27,799 bases of DNA from Candidatus Shapirobacteria bacterium (GTDB lineage Bacteria; Patescibacteriota; Microgenomatia; UBA12405): the NCBI GenBank assembly GCA_041663805.1, contig JBAYMA010000001.1, positions 1 to 27,799 of the forward strand, written 5' to 3'. Each line of letters starts with the position of its first letter. Within the stretch, counting starts at the first letter, position 1. The position numbers were made by a program, and so were the translations under genes. Under the pieces are notes generated by a model that was given only the letters and a program-made list of their open reading frames with translations, had not been told where the DNA came from and searched no databases. Positions 25,473 to 27,799 of this stretch are shown here, piece after piece.

Positions 25473-25963
25473 TGGTATCCAGTCCAGAATTATTTTTACA
25501 AGCCAAGAAATATCTCTCTAGTCATCAAAAAGAATTAGTCACTGATGTCGAGATTATTTTAAAACGGCTTCAAATCAAAGATAATATCAGTGATTTTTCT
25601 TTTTTAGTTTCTCCTCTTGCCAAAGCCTATGAAGGTTTTTTGAAAGATTTTTTCCTTAAAATAGGAATTATTTCTGATGCAGAATATGAAAGTGATCGTT
25701 TTAGGGTAGGGAAGACTCTTAATCCATCTCTTCGTTACAAAAGATTTTCCGTCTTTCAAAAGTTAGCCGATTATCATGAAAACGGAGAAGAATTAGCTGA
25801 AATGCTTTGGGATGCTTGGAAATTTGGTCGCAATGAAATATTTCATTATTTTCCCAATAATTTCAAAAATCTTTCCCAAAATGAAGCTGAAGAAAGAATT
25901 AATCTTCTTCTCCGAGCCATTATCAGAGCCAGCGAATTTATCGACCAAAATCAAAAAATCTAA
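25469..25963 (+). CDS. Stand-alone HEPN-domain protein resembling the C-terminal domain of RnlA/LsoA (RNase LS)
   Basis: DFSFLVSPLAKAYEGFLK resembles the RnlA DY..L.YP.LR.IEG.LK segment; R121-NEIF-H126 fits the HEPN R-x4-H motif. Confidence 0.7.
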   Translation: MMVSSPELFLQAKKYLSSHQKELVTDVEIILKRLQIKDNISDFSFLVSPLAKAYEGFLKDFFLKIGIISDAEYESDRFRVGKTLNPSLRYKRFSVFQKLADYHENGEELAEMLWDAWKFGRNEIFHYFPNNFKNLSQNEAEERINLLLRAIIRASEFIDQNQKI

Positions 25964-26793
25964 CAAACATCAGATATTTTTATTAATTTTCCTTCAAAAT
26001 CTTTAAAACTATCCCTATTTACTTCCCAAAAAGACAAAGGTACTGGTATTTTATTAGCATTACCCGGAACATCAATTATTAAATTTGGACAACAAAAACC
26101 AGAAATTCTCTTTCTTAACTCTGTCATAATTTCTATTTCTTCTTTAAGTGGCACTATATATTTTTCAATCCCTTTAATCTTATTACATTGATAAATGTTA
26201 TATGGCCTCACACCTAACTCTACTAATTTAGAAAAAAGTTCTTCTAGAATTTCTACTGAATCATTAATTCCTTTCAAAAAAACCGATTGTGAATACAAAA
26301 TAATTCCTGTTTGTCTAATTTTATTTATAACTGATTCGGTTTCAATAGTAATTTCATTAATATGGTTTACATGAATCGACATATAAATTATCTGTTCACG
26401 TTTCTTCTTTAATATTTCCAAAAAATTTTTTGAAATTAGTTTAGGTGCTGTTATTGGAGCTCTGGTGTGAATTCTAATAATTTTAATCTGCTCTAATTGA
26501 CTAATTTTTTCAAAAACATATTCTAATAAATCGATAACCATTAACGGTTCACCCCCAGAAAAGATAACTTCACCAATCTCTTTATTTTTTAAGAGATATT
26601 TGACTATATTATCTATATCTATATTTTCTAAACTTTTACGACACTGTTCCTTTTTCCATTTTCGATAACAAAAATCACACTCAACTGGACAATTTAAAGT
26701 TAATTCCAATAAAACTCTATTTTTATATCTCCTAATTAGACCTTTAACTGGTGTGACTTTATCTTCAAAAAAAATATCCTTCATATTATTCAA
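25960..26793 (-). CDS. epmB: KamA/EpmB-family radical SAM lysine 2,3-aminomutase, short form
   Basis: GL.RRY.NRVL, CPVECDFC, EVIFSGGEPL, RIHTR.P, HVNH, SQSVFLKGIND, RPY..YQC, PG..NK (PLP Lys); adjacent to epmA. Confidence 0.85.
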   Translation of the reverse strand: MNNMKDIFFEDKVTPVKGLIRRYKNRVLLELTLNCPVECDFCYRKWKKEQCRKSLENIDIDNIVKYLLKNKEIGEVIFSGGEPLMVIDLLEYVFEKISQLEQIKIIRIHTRAPITAPKLISKNFLEILKKKREQIIYMSIHVNHINEITIETESVINKIRQTGIILYSQSVFLKGINDSVEILEELFSKLVELGVRPYNIYQCNKIKGIEKYIVPLKEEIEIMTELRKRISGFCCPNLIIDVPGNANKIPVPLSFWEVNRDSFKDFEGKLIKISDVC

Positions 26794-27757
26794 TAATAAT
26801 TAATTTCAAATCATTAATATTTTTTACATCAGCAAAAATCATTGCCAATCTATCTACACCAATCGCAATCCCAGCACATTTTGGTAATTTTTCCAAAATT
26901 TCAATAAACTTATCATCAGTTTTATAACTCACTAATTCAGCATCATCATTAAATCTTTTTTTATATTCCTCAATTTCTACTCCTTCATTTCCACAATTAC
27001 CTAACTCAATTCCTCCAATATAAAATTCAAATCTTTCCGCTATTCCAAATTCATTTATTTTTGTAATAGCCGCTAATTCTTTTGGATATTCATAAATAAA
27101 AGTTATCATCCCATTTTTACCCAAGTTTGGCTCCACTTCAATTCCATAAATTTGAGACCAAACATCAATATAATCCATATTTTCTACTCTATATCCTTTA
27201 TTTTTTGCCTGCTCAAAAAACTTTTTATGATCAAAAATATCTGTTATTCCAGCATATTTTTTAAAAGCCTCAGTCACTGTAATTTTCTCAAACTTTTTTA
27301 AATCAATAATTTTATTTTGATAGTTAATTTTTTCTTTACCAAACATTTTTTTAGATATAAATCTTAGCAAATTCATTACATCTTCAGTAATCTCAAAATA
27401 ATCTGCATTAACTCGATAAAATTCCAACATTGTAAATTCAAAAGAATGTTTTATTTCTACTGGTTCATTATTTCTAAAAGATTTACCCAAAGAAAAACAA
27501 TTTCCAATCCCATCAACAATTAATCTCTTCAAAAATAATTCTGGTGATGGAATTAAATACATTTCTTGATTATTTTTTTTAAATAAATTTTTCGTTTCAA
27601 AAATTTCTAAATAAGATTCCGGTATCAAACTAGGAGAGAGAAGGGGAGTGTCAATCTCAATAAAACCAGCCTTTTTTAAAAAAATACCAGCCAATTTCTT
27701 TGTTTCCAAAAAAATCTGGTGATTTTTAAAATTATTAATTTGAGACTTAATTTCCAT
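26786..27757 (-). CDS. epmA: EF-P lysine aminoacylase (LysRS2 catalytic-core paralog, GenX/PoxA)
   Basis: FIEIDTP, YL.PSPEL.LKRL, FRNNE...H..EFTMLEFY, ERFE..I.GIELGN, GIAIGVDRL; no anticodon-binding domain. Confidence 0.9.
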   Translation of the reverse strand: MEIKSQINNFKNHQIFLETKKLAGIFLKKAGFIEIDTPLLSPSLIPESYLEIFETKNLFKKNNQEMYLIPSPELFLKRLIVDGIGNCFSLGKSFRNNEPVEIKHSFEFTMLEFYRVNADYFEITEDVMNLLRFISKKMFGKEKINYQNKIIDLKKFEKITVTEAFKKYAGITDIFDHKKFFEQAKNKGYRVENMDYIDVWSQIYGIEVEPNLGKNGMITFIYEYPKELAAITKINEFGIAERFEFYIGGIELGNCGNEGVEIEEYKKRFNDDAELVSYKTDDKFIEILEKLPKCAGIAIGVDRLAMIFADVKNINDLKLIIIE

Positions 27758-27765
27758 AGAATCAT

Positions 27766-27774
27766 ATTATATCA
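27766..27774 (-). promoter_or_regulatory. Extended -10 promoter of epmA-epmB
   Basis: Minus strand TGaTATAAT ending 8 nt before the ATG at 27757. Confidence 0.6.
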
Positions 27775-27799
27775 ACTAAATTAATATTGACATAAAAAC

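Noticed and set aside
25812-26006. 64-aa ORF considered as an RnlB-like antitoxin
   Set aside because: It overlaps the HEPN gene out of frame for most of its length and runs antisense into epmB; composition is not RnlB-like.
1-27799. CRISPR array, diversity-generating retroelement, integron, IS element
   Set aside because: No repeat-spacer array, reverse transcriptase, template/variable repeat pair, integrase or transposase seen by eye.
1-27799. TGA reassignment (code 25, as in Gracilibacteria/Absconditabacteria)
   Set aside because: Genes are full length under code 11, and TGA ends genes at ATGA overlaps (for example 854-857 and 25469-25472).

Overview
Low-GC window, most consistent with a CPR/Patescibacteria bacterium (probably Microgenomates-like; inferred from gene content, A-rich Shine-Dalgarno-less starts and pilin style). 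Genetic code 11. Left half (minus strand): a type IV pilus locus (pilB-pilT-pilC, one pilin, pilD, then nine more prepilin-type genes), an AbiEi/AbiEii type IV toxin-antitoxin pair, a PT-linker lipoprotein, a degenerate M23-like protein, and a Cys-rich secreted protein that runs off the left edge and is missing from the ORF track. Right half: holB, a beta-CASP metallo-beta-lactamase, a Fic-HTH protein, ligA, pth, tRNA-Ala(CGC), a PAP2-LssY_C protein, a MacAB-like ABC exporter, a membrane metallohydrolase-like protein coupled to an RnlA-like HEPN protein, and epmB/epmA. Best second-look signals: (1) the abiE pair is flanked by 21-bp direct repeats duplicating the 3' end of the last pilin gene, like an integrated cassette with no integrase; (2) two different GC-rich palindromic elements inserted in frame in ligA, one related to an intergenic element at about 1427-1470; (3) an RnlA-like HEPN ORF with no recognisable antitoxin, coupled to a membrane hydrolase-like gene; (4) a tRNA overlapping the pth stop codon and the next start codon. 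Family calls come from motif recognition only; no searches were run.
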